A stretch of DNA of 64,000 nucleotides from Lama guanicoe (taxonomy: Eukaryota): contig MU053934.1 in the NCBI GenBank assembly GCA_013239625.1, positions 5,660,399-5,724,398 of the forward strand, given 5' to 3'. A model generated the notes under the pieces. The model did not search any database and had not been told where the DNA came from. It worked only from the letters and a program-made list of their open reading frames with translations. Positions 1 through 13,375 of this stretch are shown in pieces. The first letter of the stretch is position 1; each line of letters starts with the position of its first letter. A program made the translations under genes and the position numbers.

Positions 1-470
1 GGCTTCCCACTGTCCTCACCTACAGCCTCCCTGCTACTTCCCAATCTCCCCGAGCCACCTCCAGCCACAATGGCCTCCTTTCAGTTCCTAGGACTCACCA
101 AGCTCTCGACACATTGCATTTCCTCCATCTAGAATACTCTTCCTCCCGCACTTGGCACAGCTGGATCCTTAGCTGCCCTTAAGTCTTGATTTACACATGG
201 CTCCACAGAGGAGCCCATTTCCAGTCATGCCATTTAGGAAGCTCCCCACCATGCTGCTCTCCACTAAGTCACAGGACGCTGTTCACTTCCTGTAAGTCCT
301 TTCCTGAACTTGTAATTATCTATATCTCGCTTATTTATCTGTTCATTCTCTCCTCCGTTACCCCTCTAAGGGCGGGGACTCTTTTATTCATCATGTGCAC
401 CCAGCTCCTCACACAGAGTGGGTGCTTAAAAGAGACATATCTCAATGAATAAATAACTGAATGAATGAAA
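1..470 (+). mobile_element. L2 LINE 3' fragment
   Basis: Pyrimidine-rich L2-like body ending in the typical L2 tail (...aatgaataaataactgaatgaatgaa); boundaries approximate. Confidence 0.65.
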
Positions 471-869
471 AACTAGAAATTTAAAAGTTCTTCAGAAAAG
501 CTAAATCATTAATTCCTCTTGAATGAACTAAACGAATCAAGATTTTGTAAAGGATAATCTACCCTGACACCAAACAAATCAACTTGAACGAGAAGGAAGG
601 AAACTTACATTTTCCTGAGGTCCTTAAAGAACCTTCCTCCATATTTGGGTTTTCTGATATACCACGTTACCTAAGAAATCGCAAATGTAAACTTTGTTCC
701 AAGCCAAATAGGAAACCAACTGATAGCCAGACTGGTTAGCAAAATGTCAGACAAATGGAAAAATGGATGTGGAATGCTCTGGCTTAACAACTCACTACTT
801 CATTAACATTGCTTCACACAGAGAAACCACGTATTTTAGAATGTTGTTTGACTAAATGCAGGGACTCAC

Positions 870-965
870 CCTCAGGATTGACTGTACCGTCTGCATGGGA
901 TAGGTGACCGTGGTGGCAATTGCTTTGGCTAGTGCACCAATGATGAACACATCCAAAGAAGAAAG
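870..965 (-). CDS. SLC25A17: SLC25A17 (PMP34) coding exon 7
   Basis: 96 nt, [34 protein letters not shown] at 966-967, GTGAGT donor at 864-869; carrier Px[Q]xx motif of repeat 3; later exons lie beyond the window. Confidence 0.97.
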
Positions 966-1050
966 CTGGAAAGCAAAGAAAGAATGAACTACTTCAATCT
1001 AAACAAGAAGGTGTCAGAGATTATTTGCTGCTTTCAAAATCAGGGATTAC

Positions 1051-1196
1051 CTTCATTTGTTTCTTTAAAAGCTGCCGTTTTAAACCTTCATAGAACATGA
1101 ATTGGATGGCAGGATTGAAGACCAGCAGCAAGGAAGGAAATGTGCCATTCCATAAAGCCGAGATTCCTTCATCCCGAATGATCTGGTGAAAAGCAT
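1051..1196 (-). CDS. SLC25A17: SLC25A17 coding exon 6
   Basis: 146 nt, (D)[50 protein letters not shown] 1197-1198, GT 1049-1050; followed by an 85-nt intron. Confidence 0.98.
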
Positions 1197-2121
1197 CTAA
1201 GCAAGAAATCAAGGACCTGTGATGACTATCCCCTATCCAGAGAAAACAACGCGAATTCTGTTCAAATGTACCCAGAACACAAACCATACTGGTTCTATCC
1301 AGATTTCCTTCTTGCCATGACATTTTAGAGGCAAATTAATCAGTTACTACTTTTGGATAATCATCAGATATTGACAGTCACCAAGTTACTGAGAGACCAA
1401 CTTCAATCACAGGCAACTCTTCCTGACAAATCTGGGGTTAACATGTCAAATTTTCCTAAGTAATCACCACCACTGGGAACTCTGTATTACACAGACTTGT
1501 GAACTGATGGCTCGCGTGTTTCACAACAAAGTCTAGTACAGAAAACAATAAGATAGTTTCCTGGAGTCCGTTTTATAGGACTGCCTTATAAGAAAACCAC
1601 TGTTTTCATTACAAAGATGGAAACATGAGAAAGGAGAACCTGGCATGTGATATATTAAAAAGCAGAAGCTCAAAGATATCCTACACTACTTTGGTATCTT
1701 CATCCAAAGACAACACTAGAAAAAAAAAATGTGCAACAGATTATTCTTCAGAAATATTCACCCCCTCCCACTACACTCCACGGGATATTTCTCCCCCTCT
1801 TCCTGGGGCTTGGAAATTGAATGGGCTTTGGTCTAGAGGAGGTCAGCAGACAAGATACAGACAGGGCTTGAGATATGCTTGTACGATTGGGCGCGTCCTC
1901 TTCTGCTTTCGCCATCACCAAGAGTATACGCTCAGGCTGGTCCCAGGAGAAGGAAGAGAGACACGGGGAGCTGAGGATCCCAGGCTGGAGTCAGCCTAGA
2001 TAAGTCAAATCCCCATCAATCCACAGACACATGAACAAAACAAATGCTTACTTCTGGACACTGAGATGTGAGGCTGTCTGTTATAAGCATTATCACGGAA
2101 ACTCGACCAAGAGACACTCAC

Positions 2122-2238
2122 CAATAATACCACTGTAGTTGGTTGGTACAATGTCTTCATTTCTAAATTTTGCCCCCTGCAGCTTCAGCCTGGTGTTTAC
2201 CACCCAGAGTGGAGTTGTTAGCAGCACGTTCACTACCC
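2122..2238 (-). CDS. SLC25A17: SLC25A17 coding exon 5
   Basis: 117 nt, (G)[40 protein letters not shown] 2239-2240, GT 2120-2121. Confidence 0.98.
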
Positions 2239-5200
2239 CTTTAGAAAGAAAGAGGGAGAGACAAAGGAAAAGCAAAATGTAACCTTTGGCGCTTTGCTGT
2301 CTTATATTAAAGCTACACACCAATCTTCCAGCTATACTTCTGCCACTGACCTCCTAGGAGACCTAAGGTAAGGTGTTCCTTTGTGCCCGGGTGCAACAGA
2401 AGCCAGTACTGTTAGAAGCAATTCAGAAGCCTAGCTGATGGCAGAATGGCTGGCAACAGTACTCTCCACATGAAAAGAGTAATGAGTTTCCTCACCTATA
2501 TAACAGGAGGCAATCTGTTTGTCAATTTATAGAGCATCCAAAGTAGCAATTTTGATACTGTTTTAAGTATATGTAATTTCTAAAAACAGCTTTTTAAGAC
2601 AGGGTAAGTGGCTTACTGATCACATGCTAAATAAGTCCATGACAATATCACATAAAACACACAATTTACAACTCTCATATAAGTAGCTCACATGGTTTTA
2701 AGTGAGTATGGATCTAGTACAATGGGTGACAGGTGGGAGAAAGTGGTGACATTTGAGAGTGCTTCAACATGGACTAGAGGCTCATGAAAGAGCTCCTCAT
2801 GGCTTGGGGGATTAGGATAGGCAGGCAGCAAGCAGCAGTTATGAACTGTCACAAAAACACCTGAAACAGCTTCACAAACATAATCCTTACAAGCTTAAGG
2901 ATGGGGATCTTGGCCCCCCAAGGTGGCCTCAGAGTGGAACAATACAATGAGCCAGGTGCTTCTTTTGTGAAAATACATGATCCCAATTTAACACCTTCTT
3001 GAGATATTAAAATATTCCTCATCAGTCCTGAAATGATTAAAGAAAAATACCAGACAGAGTTGTAACAAAGTGCCTGACACACAGTAGTATATACTTTATA
3101 AATGTTTGTTAAGTAAAATATTAAACAAGTAAACCAATGAACAAACTCAGCAAACAACCATACATCAAGCTATCTGGCTCCAGGCATACTTTGAAGAACC
3201 AAGAGGCACACTGATAAGGAAGGGAAACTTTCTTTTACTAATAGCCACTTAAATACAACAGGATTAAAAATGTTTGATTTAAGGAATCTCAGAACATACT
3301 AAGGATAAGCTTGGTGAAACTGCCAGGAAATCCAAATTCTGAATTTTCATTAGTTGTATACAGCTGCAAAAGTAAGATATTTTGGAACCTCTCTCTTAGG
3401 AACATTATGAGAATATATTTCTCAAAATAAAAGGCATTATCAAATAATTTTATGAGTTGTATTTGTTATATTTTTACATATAACACCAAGGAGTCATCTG
3501 TAGCCATGATTCAATGTACTTATACGTTGTCACTTGAGGCACTGATTATTTTCTGAAAAAGTCTTATTGAGAGATTCTTGCTAGTTTCATTTTAAAAAAG
3601 CAGTGCCCAAGAGGCCAAGACAGAAGAATATCAACACATACCCATTTGCCCAGACTTTATAATGTATCCCTAGACAATACAAAGTACACATCACTTAACA
3701 AAAAAAAATCAACAGCCAGAAAAATCAGACTAGAAAGTGCTTAAGCAGTCCACTGCTTTTTGTGTTGTTGTTGTTGATGAAGACGACGGGAGGGTTCAGA
3801 GCTAGAGCTTTTGTGGATACCGGAGACAGGTACAGTACACCCACCTTTCTAAACATATGAAGCAGCCTGCCCATTAAACAAATTCTTTAGAAATCAAAGT
3901 TCCCTTCATGTTCTATTCAAGAGGTAGGCACACACAAAACACTTCCAAGGCAATGCAGCCAACATTAAGATTTAGCCATTATTTAAAATTCTGCTTACAT
4001 ATCCCCACTATCAACATGAGCTGAAAGACTGAGAGGATTCTAAGGACAAGGTCAAGCACGCAAATGCACTATTATCATCTGAAGAGAGTACAAAGTCCTT
4101 ACAAAAACATTTTATATTTCACAGCTTTTATTTGAGAAGTGAAGTACTTTGTTCATCCTCTAAGCCAAAACAGATGGAGAGGTATTTTTTAACCACTATC
4201 ATTTTATGAGTTCTGGGAAAATATTTGAGGATCCAAACTTTACTGAAAACTTGCAACCTATACAATCAAACAAAGGACAGCCTTCTGTGGAGGAAAAACA
4301 AGCTACAGAAGAACATGATGAGCAAGTTGGACTCTTGCTAAGGCAGGACGGATGTGGCCGCAGGATAAAGACGCCGTCCGCTTGTTTACGTGCAGAAAAG
4401 TCTCCTGCCAGTTCCAAGCTGTGGCTGTTACTTCAGCTTTAAGGTGGGAAAACGTGATCTACCTAAGGACAGGAGATTGTTTCTCTTCTAGTTCGAATGA
4501 TTCTATTTTCTTTCTTCTTTCACAAAAAATCATTTACAAGAAAACAGAACCAAAATTAAGAGATGGGGAACAGCAATTGAACATACTCACTAAAATCATT
4601 CACTGATTCAAAGAAAAATCAGAACACAGCTATTGACTTCTGAAATCTTGAGAATAGTTTTTTTAGCAATGAGTCTCCTTTGTTGAGGAGAGAAGACAAA
4701 AATGCAGTATGCTAAGTGGCTGTGCACTTCTGGGATGTATGGGCAGTGACCACTGCAGTGGCAGACAGGGCCACAAACCTAAGTGTTTGGCTCTCTCCAA
4801 AGGAATGCAGCTTGATACACTGCAGGAACAATCCTGCCTTACCAGGTTTAAGGTCTCAGCACAGGAAGTTAATTTCAACTATCACAATGATAACACCATT
4901 TGCATCCAAAAGGAGTTAGTGATAAAAACCCCAGTTTCATAAAAATAGCCAGTATCATCTTCATTTAAGTTATCTGTAAGGTTCTGTTCTCAAATTCTTC
5001 CCCAGGGTATATATTAAGCTATATGGCTTTTTTTTTTTCCTGTGAAAATACAATAAATAATAGTAAGTCTCTAAGTTTCTAGAAAGAATTAGAAAAATAA
5101 TAATACTGTTTCCGGTTTTCCCTGGAGATAATGAAACTCACTCCTACAGGGATTGTAATACAGTGGCAGGGTTCACAGCAGGAAGGGAAAAAGCTATTCT

Positions 5201-5362
5201 AATTATTGTAAAAATATGCAGGTATTAAGGTATAAAAACATGTTATAAGGAGAAGTTTAAAACTCACGAAAGTAATTTCCAAGGAATTCCCTACCTTCAG
5301 AAAAAGGGAAACCTACTATCAGAGAATCTCAGAATTATAAAGGACTATAAAATTCACTTGAT

Positions 5363-5576
5363 CAAGGGTCTCTCAGCTGGGACACTACTAACATTTGGGG
5401 CGGGATATCATTTGTTTGGGGCGGGGCGGGGGTGCTACTGTGTGGGATGTTGAGCAGCAGCCTGGCCTCAACCCACCAGATGCTAGCAGCACCTGCCAGC
5501 TGTGACAACCAAAAATGCCTCCAGACATGGACAAATGTCCCCTGTGGATCAAAATCGGTCTCAGTTGAGAACCACT
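5363..5576 (-). mobile_element. MER20 (hAT-Charlie non-autonomous DNA transposon)
   Basis: ~215 bp ending in gttgagaaccact, with internal gtgacaaccaaaaatgcctccagacat...aaatgtcccct matching the recalled MER20 consensus. Confidence 0.85.
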
Positions 5577-5829
5577 AACTTAACCCAAACACCAAGAGTT
5601 TATTCACTTTATTTTTGAATATCTCAAAAGATAGGAATTCAGTCTCACCCCAATAGCCTGTTTCTTCTCAGAGGTGTTAGAAATTTTACTCTTCTTGATA
5701 TTAAATCTACCTTAAGTCAACTGGAAACACATGTAAAACTAGCTAGCAGATGTTTTTTTACCTGAGGTATGAATTAGCACTTCTTAAATGACTTTCTGGG
5801 TATTTTAGGAGAAGTCAATGCTTATCTGC

Positions 5830-7280
5830 AAGCCATTCAGCCATGGTCTGCTCATCATGTATGCACTGTGTGTCCAGTATGTGCTAGGTAGGTGCTGATG
5901 ACACAGCAATTAAAAAATGAAAACTCCTGTCCACTGAAGGTCCCACTGGAAAGGTGTGAGACAAGACAAACAAGTGAAATACACAGTATGTGAGAGCACA
6001 AGGGTTAAGGAGAAAATTTAAGCAGAGAAGAGGGATGGAAAAGGACACCAGTTTAGACAGTGTGGCCATTCAGGTAAAGACTTTAAAGAGGTGAGGGAGT
6101 GAACCATGCAGGAACCAGGCCGAGGGAACAGCAGGCACACGGGCCCGGAGGGGGAAGCAACCAGGAGTGTTCAGGGAGCAGAGGCCAGGGCGGCCTGCAG
6201 TGGTGTGAGTGGGGAGAAGGGTAGGCAGACCAAGTCACATGGGGCTTGGTAGGACCAGGTTAAGGACTCTGGCTTTTACTGAGTGAGAAGGGAAGGAACT
6301 GGAGGACTTTGAAGAGAGAAATAATATGATCTCACTTATGTTTTAACAAGGTTACAAGCGGCTGCTGTGTTGCATACATACTGAAGAGGACAAAGGAGGA
6401 AGCAGGGCTCTGAAGATAATCCTGGTAAGATTTAATGGTGGCCTGGACTCAGGTGGTGGTGGGGAAAGGGGCTGAATTCTAGACACCACATGAAGAAACA
6501 GACAATAGGATTTGCTCATAGATTGGAGGTGGGGTCAGAGAGAAAGAGGACCAATTCAAGACTTTTGGTAGGGCAACCAGAAGTCTAGAGGTGCCATGTG
6601 ACACAATGGGAAGATTACAGGAGGAGTGGTCTTTTAAACTGAATTCATTCACTCAGCATTTAATCAGCACCTTCTATGTATCAGGCACTGCATCAAGACA
6701 CTGGGGATGTAGAGATAAAAAAATGTAATCTCTGACTAAATTTAAGGAGTTCACTGTCTAGGAAAAGATAAAGACGTAACAGGCTGACTGTTGTTATTCA
6801 GTAGAGTAAGCCCGCAGACAGAGTATACACTATTCACAACGTGTTGGAGCACAAAGCGTAGGCGCCTAACACAGAATAAAACCTAGGGGTGGTGGGTTTG
6901 AGAAACAGGGAAGGCTTCCTGAAGAGGAGGAGCTTGAGTTGAGAATAAAAGGATGAATAGGAGTTAATAATATTTAAAAACGCAGTTAAGACTGCTTCAG
7001 ACAGACAAGAGTGGCTGTAGAGGAATGAAGACACTAAACGGCTGGGTCTACTCGAGGAATCAGTCTGGCATGGGGCGGGGCACAGGAGAGAGCTAGAGAG
7101 GTAAGCAGTATCACAGCAAGCCCTGCACGTCAGGCTCGCATCCTGCACTTGTACGAGAGGGGCCTTATACGCCAAGGGTGCCCGTGACTTCATCCCGTAT
7201 GCAAGCGACAGACACCGAAGGGTCTGAACCTGGGCGTAACATAACCAGATTGGGATTTTAGAATAGCAGATCTCAACCAT
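5830..7280 (-). mobile_element. L2 fragments (two adjacent pieces)
   Basis: Purine-rich plus-strand sequence with L2 tail complements (cattcagccat; attcattcactcagcatttaatcagcacc); boundaries approximate. Confidence 0.6.
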
Positions 7281-8662
7281 TTCTCTGAAAAGACATGTAA
7301 TAGATGATGTTCAGAATCAACACAGACCTATGGGCTCTCCCTGCATGTTAAGCATAATTCCATTCTTCTCTCACAAGCTCAAGAAAACATTTCAGAATGT
7401 AAGTGAATTAGAATGACATTATTACAGGGGAATCACTTTTAACCAGTTCCACATACTGGACTCACCAGATAAACCTCTCTCCCGTTACGGGACATACTGA
7501 CGGTGCCACAGCACATGAAGACATGTGACCAGTGTGCCCATGCCCTTCCACTCCCACCCCGCTGGGTTTTAAGCTCACCAAGAGTCAACTGTGTCTTTTC
7601 TTCAGCCTGCTTATGTCACCTGTATCTGTTACAGCAGGGAAAGCACCATAGGTATGGTTACATAAGAAAAAAAGCACAAAACTCCCATCAATGAGCTGAT
7701 ATGCCTTGGCCATTCATCACAAAAACTGGAGAAGTATGTATTCATACATCTGAGGTGAAAATAAAATATTTAGATATATAATAGGCATTTTATGATACTC
7801 CCTACTTCCACTGACTTTTTAAATCTAACTGCCCTACTATACCAGTCTAGCTGTCCTAGGTATGGAAGAATCTCTCATAATTACAAAGTGTGTAAGAATT
7901 AGAAAGGAAGTGAGCAGAGCACAGTGAGAGAGAACAAGGCATGGTGTGTGCTTAGTGGATAATGAGGCGTCAGCAAACAAACAGCTTCAGACAAACAAGG
8001 AAAAGATTTAATCATACATTTCAGAAATTAGTAGCTTCATGGAAAGTTATATGAGTTAGTCCTGGACTAAACAGTTATAACTAAAATCATAACCTTTTAA
8101 ATGTAAATACATATGAGCCGCAATAAACTAAAATGTATTAAAATTAAGGTATTACAAATACTTTAAAGTGTAAGTATAAGAGATCATACTAGATTGCCAT
8201 TTGTTACAGTTAAATAAAAAAGATCTCTTCTCTACAGGATAACCTTGGATCTATTCTGATTTGTTTTTGCAAGTGAAGAAAGCTCAAACTTGAGTTCTTT
8301 GAGTTATGTCAGTGTTTGAAAACTATTCTTCTGGAAAGGCTACTTGGGCAGAACCACGTAAAGTGCATTAGTAAGTAAGACTTCAGAGGTAAGAAGATCA
8401 GAATAGAGCAACAGTCCAGGTGAGGGATGATGGCACTTGATTTGGGGACATGGCTATGGATATGGAGAAGAGGAAATGCATTCAAGAGATATTTAAGAGA
8501 CAGACTGATGGACGATTCATGATGACCAAGCAGATATGGAGGGTAAGAGAGCACCCTCTCTAAGGACTTCCAGATTTCTAGCCTGAGTTACCTACCTAAC
8601 TATTCATTCATCTCCTCAGGGAATGAAATCCTGTGTGTTATACTGTTTATGTCGAAGTTGGT

Positions 8663-8904
8663 CTGGCAGGGAACAGGGGTGAAGGAGGTCAAAAGGTACA
8701 AACCTCCAGTTACAGAATAATTAACTCATGATGATGTAACGTACAGCATGGTAACTATAGTGAATAATACTGAACTGTATATTTGAAAGTTGCTGAGAAT
8801 AGATCTTAAAAGTTCTCACAAGTTCGCAATATACACAAATATCAATCACTATGTTGTATAACTGAAACTAATATTATATGTCAGTTATATCTCAATTAGA
8901 AAAA
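8663..8904 (+). mobile_element. L1 3' end (L1MA9/L1_Art-like)
   Basis: aaggtacaaacctccagttac...tatatctcaattagaaaaaa; flanked by aagttggt on both sides (probable TSD). Confidence 0.75.
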
Positions 8905-9391
8905 AAGTTGGTGCAAGCGAAAATTAATTATATCAAAATCAACCTAAGACTAAAATGAGAGTATTAAGCAGAAGAAAGGCTCAGAGACCAAATTAAAGAA
9001 CAGCAGTGGTCTCATAAGGTAAAGAGGAAAACTTGGGGACCATGAATACTCCTGGCCTGGTAGCTATTTTTCAATCAAATTATTTTCATTTCAAACAGAC
9101 ATTTTATTTATTCAATTGTGTGGCTCTCAAATCAGTAATTTTTCAAAGAACATATCAAAAACTGTCTCCACAAAGTACTAACACTCTATGTGCAACATTT
9201 AAATAAATTAACTTAGTTACAGACTAAAATGGATAAACACAAAAAATCATAGGAAATAGATCTCCTTTTTCTCCCATCTCTTTAATAAAACCCTGACTAA
9301 TTCAACAAAAATTTTGCTCATTCAGCAAATATTTATTGAGCTCCTACTACATGCTAGGAATTGTTCTTACTGAGACTTTAGCAAGGGGGGG

Positions 9392-9532
9392 AAATATATA
9401 TATTATATACTATATATAATATAGTATATATATATTATATATTAATATATATTATATTAATAATTATATATAATAATATTAATATTAATAATATATAATT
9501 ATATTAATAATAATATATATATTATATATAAT
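9392..9532. repeat. AT-rich low-complexity (TA/TAA) tract
   Basis: ~140 bp almost purely A/T. Confidence 0.95.
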
Positions 9533-9548
9533 ACACACTTCACGAGAG

Positions 9549-10370
9549 CACTTCTCTGATGATTAGTGATATTGAGCATCTTTTCATATACTTGTTAGCC
9601 ATTTGTATATCAACTCTGAAGAAATGTCTTCTCATCAGAGAAGTGAAAATCAAAACCACAGTGAAGTATCACTTTGCCCTCATTAGGATGGCTACTATCA
9701 AGAAAACAGAAAATAACAAGTGTTGGTGAGGATGTGAAGACACCAGAAACAAGTGCTGCTGGGATTATGAAATAGTGCCATCGCTGTGGAAAACAGTATC
9801 GCAGTTCCTCTCAAAACTAAAAAAAACCACCATATGATCTAGCATTCTGACTTCTGAGTATATATCCAAAAGAATTGAAAGCAGGGACTCAAAGTGATAT
9901 TTGCACAAACTATGTTCACAGCAGCAACTATTCATAGTAACCAGGAGGTGGAAACAACCTAAATATCCATCGAGAGATGAAGGGATAAACAAAATGTGGT
10001 ATATCCATACAATGGAATATCATCCTTAAAAAGGAAGGAAATTTCGTTACTTCCTATAGCATGAATGAACCTTGAGGACGTTATGCTGAATGAAACAAGC
10101 CAGTCACAAAAAGACAAATACTGTATGATTCCACTTACGTGATGCATTTACAGTAGTCAAATTCATAGAGACAGAAAGTAGAGTGGTGGTTACCAGGGGC
10201 TGGGGGGAGGGTGGAAAAGGGAGTTGTTGTTTAACGGGTATAGAGCTTCACATTTGTAAGATGAAAATGTTCTGGAAGTCTGTTTCACAATAATGTGAAT
10301 AAACCTACTGCTGAAGTGTACATGTAAGAACTGTTAATATGGTAAACTTTATGATGTGCATTTTTAACAC
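9549..10370 (+). mobile_element. 5'-inverted L1 (L1MB-like) ORF2 end plus 3'UTR
   Basis: 9549-9629 is antisense L1; 9631-10370 is sense L1 (aaatcaaaaccacagtgaagtatcac...atactgtatgattccactta...). Confidence 0.85.
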
Positions 10371-10506
10371 ACACACAGTCAAGTCAGAAAACTAATTACA
10401 TTCTTTGTGGCATTACTTTGTGTTAAAATAACCTCTCAAAGGATATACAGACCATGAGATAAACAATAAAATATAAACACATCTGACTTTCAGAAAGTTT
10501 TGTTAC

Positions 10507-10658
10507 CTGCAACAAATCCAACTACTAGATCTTTTCCAGTAGTAGAGTGTTGACCTTTGACCCAGACTGCTTTGAGGCTATTAAAAGTGTAGAAATAGAC
10601 AAAATTGGAGCAGCAGAGACTGGAGATAACTGGAAACCACCCTCGATATGGTGCCAGG
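10507..10658 (-). CDS. SLC25A17: SLC25A17 coding exon 4
   Basis: 152 nt, [52 protein letters not shown] 10659-10660, GT 10505-10506. Confidence 0.98.
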
Positions 10659-11099
10659 CTAGGGGAAGAACACAGGAAGCAAAGTGAGATGCTGGGCAAA
10701 AGCCATCTAAGTTCCCAACTGCAGATTCCCTGGGTTTCATCTGTTACTCATGAGCAGAAATGAGCTGAGTCCTAGGAAAGGCTGATCACCACTCGCATAT
10801 TCTCAAAGCTCACTCCTTCACTACTGTCACTCCAAACCGTATGTGTATCTTACATTCTGAAGGATGCCCAAGAAATCTCTTCTAGCATTAATGACACCAA
10901 AGAAAAAACACACATTCAAGGACTGGTTTTTCCCCTTTGATTTCCTTTAGCAAATTACAACGTAAAATTAGAGACAATTTCCTCATGGTTGTTGATTCAT
11001 ATAGCATTACTCACATTTTATTACAAGGCAAGAACATTTAAAATGAAGTAAATATAGAAGTACAAAAAAAAGTGGCGGGGGCATGTTATGAGTGTGGAG

Positions 11100-11775
11100 G
11101 AACCAGACTGAAGGGGATCCCCTGGTCACATCTGGGATAATTTGAGCACCAAAATAATTAAGTATAGTAATCAATTGTTAATCATTAAAAAAAACAGGAA
11201 TCTGAGTCTATACTGACATTAAATTAAGTATTTCCTCATAAGCTGCTTACAGTTACAAGAGAGGAAAAACAAAATATTCAGTGGCTAACTCACATAATTA
11301 ACCAATGAAGAGCAAGTGGACAATATGTGACTCCAGATGTGACACCTTGAGAAGGATACAATTTCACTTATGCATTATTCTGGCCAAGAATGAACAGCCT
11401 CAATCTAATCATGAAGAAACAGGAGGCAAGCATAAAATGAGAAACACTTTATTTAAGAAAAAAAAAGGGGGGGTGAAGAAGGCCCATATTCTTTGAAAAT
11501 GTCAGTGTCACAGGAGTAAAGGGCTTTGATGTATGGTATGTAACTTACTCTCAGATAATTCTGAGAAAGTCTGTGTGGTGTGTGTGTCTGTGTATGTCTG
11601 GTTGTAAAGACAGAAGAAGAGAGGGAGGAAGCACAAGTACCAATGGGAAAACAAATGGAAAAAGTGTCAACAACAGGGGAATCTGGGTAGAGCATATACT
11701 GGTATTCTTTGTACTACTTTCAGTCTTGCAGCTTTTGTAAACTTGAAATTGTCTCTGAATAAAAAATTTTTTAAA
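11100..11775 (+). mobile_element. Old L1 (L1MC-like) 3' region
   Basis: Ends ...ggggaatctgggtagagcatatactggtattctttgtactactttc...gtaaacttgaaattgtctc...aataaaaaa, typical of L1MC 3' ends; boundaries approximate. Confidence 0.6.
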
Positions 11776-12056
11776 AAGGTACACAATGTCTGAATACATC
11801 TGATAGGAATGAACCAAACAATTATTACCTTCTTCAGTTTACGGTACAAATAAAGCATTGGTTTCATGGAAGACTCTACGATCTAAAAATCAAAACGGCT
11901 GGCCACAGAACTTTGAGGAAATGAAAACAACTATATACTTACAAGTCAGGCAATTACAAATTCACAACACTGTAAGGCTATGAGAATGGATAGAAAGGCC
12001 CGTGAACCTGCTCAGGAGCTGCTTTATCTGACAAAGATGCACAACGCAGTACTCAC

Positions 12057-12123
12057 AGGCCTTCTTCTTTAATGATCTCCAGGAGCACCATGTGTGTTGT
12101 TTTGGACTTTCTTTTCTCATCAA
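12057..12123 (-). CDS. SLC25A17: SLC25A17 coding exon 3
   Basis: 67 nt, (V)[21 protein letters not shown](L); AG 12124-12125, GT 12055-12056. Confidence 0.98.
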
Positions 12124-13318
12124 CTACAAGACCAAAGAGGATATGTTCAAACCAAATCCTTTGAGAATTATTATCTCCAGCATCAGCAAGTTTCACTGAA
12201 ATGCCATTTACCTCACACAAGCAATCTCCCACCCTATCTTTAAGCTCCCTTGTTTGCCTCAGAGCTCAGTGTTACTCCTGCGTTCCCATGTGCTAAATTC
12301 CCAACTGTAGATCCCTTGGGTTTCATCTGTTATTCATGAACCAAAAGGCATTTTAATTCAATTCATTTCCAAAGTAAAAGATGTAACAGGAGAAATTTAT
12401 TACTTATATATTTCATAGGGCTCTCTTGGTTTTTCCAGTCATATATTCTCATTTTTATCTTAACATCTTATAAAGCAGAGAGGAAATAAATTACCATCTC
12501 CTTTTTAGAGAATAGGCTACAGACACACACGTCTATAAAAGACACATGTAGTTGGCAGCAGAGCCAAGGTTAAAAGTTTTCAAAGTTTTAGCTTGTGCTG
12601 TTCCCTAATCTAAAAACTGAAAGTTCTTAAAAAGATGAGAACTGTGCTTTTCTTGTCATTCTCAATGAAAACAAAACCCACCTCAATTAACTTCAAACTT
12701 CCTACTCACATTTGAAGAATATTTTGAAAACATAAAAATGGGAAAATGAACCAGGTGCTTAAGAATTAAAATTGGTACCTGTATGGCTCATGGGATAACA
12801 AATTAGGAAACCCCCTAGAGGAAGCAATCTGACAATAACTATCAAAATTATAAACACATCTACTCTTTGATCCAACAACCCCACTGCTGGGAATTTATCC
12901 CACAGAACTTACAGAAACAAAATGGTATAAGAACAGGTCTATTCTACAAAAGAGAAGAACCAATCTAAGAATCTACAATAGGGGAGGGTAAACAGTTTAT
13001 GTCACATCCACACCATGGAACACTCCACAGCTACAAACGAGAACGACAAAGCCATCCCACATATGCTGTTCAGTGAAAAATACAAGGTACAGAACAGTGG
13101 GGAAAGTATGCTGTTTGAGTAAGAGAGGGAGAAAATTAAGAACATGTATTATTTGCTTGTTATTCCATAAAGAAACTCTGCAGGGCTATCTGAGAAACTA
13201 ATAAAAACATTATCTAGATGGGAGAGAAAAGGAGGCAGACTAGAGTGAGATTTTTCACTGTACTGTGTATCTTTTTATGTATTTTGGGTTTTGAGCTATA
13301 TAAAATTATCACCTTTCC

Positions 13319-13375
13319 CACTGGAATTTGACACAACACTGTAAAATGATTATGAATCAATAAAAAATGTAAAAA
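13319..13375 (+). mobile_element. Very short young L1 3' tail with 17-bp TSD
   Basis: ctggaatttgacacaacactgtaaaatgattatgaatcaataaaaaatgt(A)n; TSD aaaattatcacctttcc at 13302-13318 and 13376-13392. Confidence 0.85.

Noticed and set aside
1625..1999. 124-aa plus-strand ORF
   Set aside because: No recognisable homology; appears to overlap MaLR-like LTR sequence antisense within an intron
4199..4942. Cluster of overlapping 70-85 aa ORFs as a hidden gene or retrocopy
   Set aside because: No recognisable protein similarity, splice structure, poly(A) tail or TSD; lengths are expected by chance
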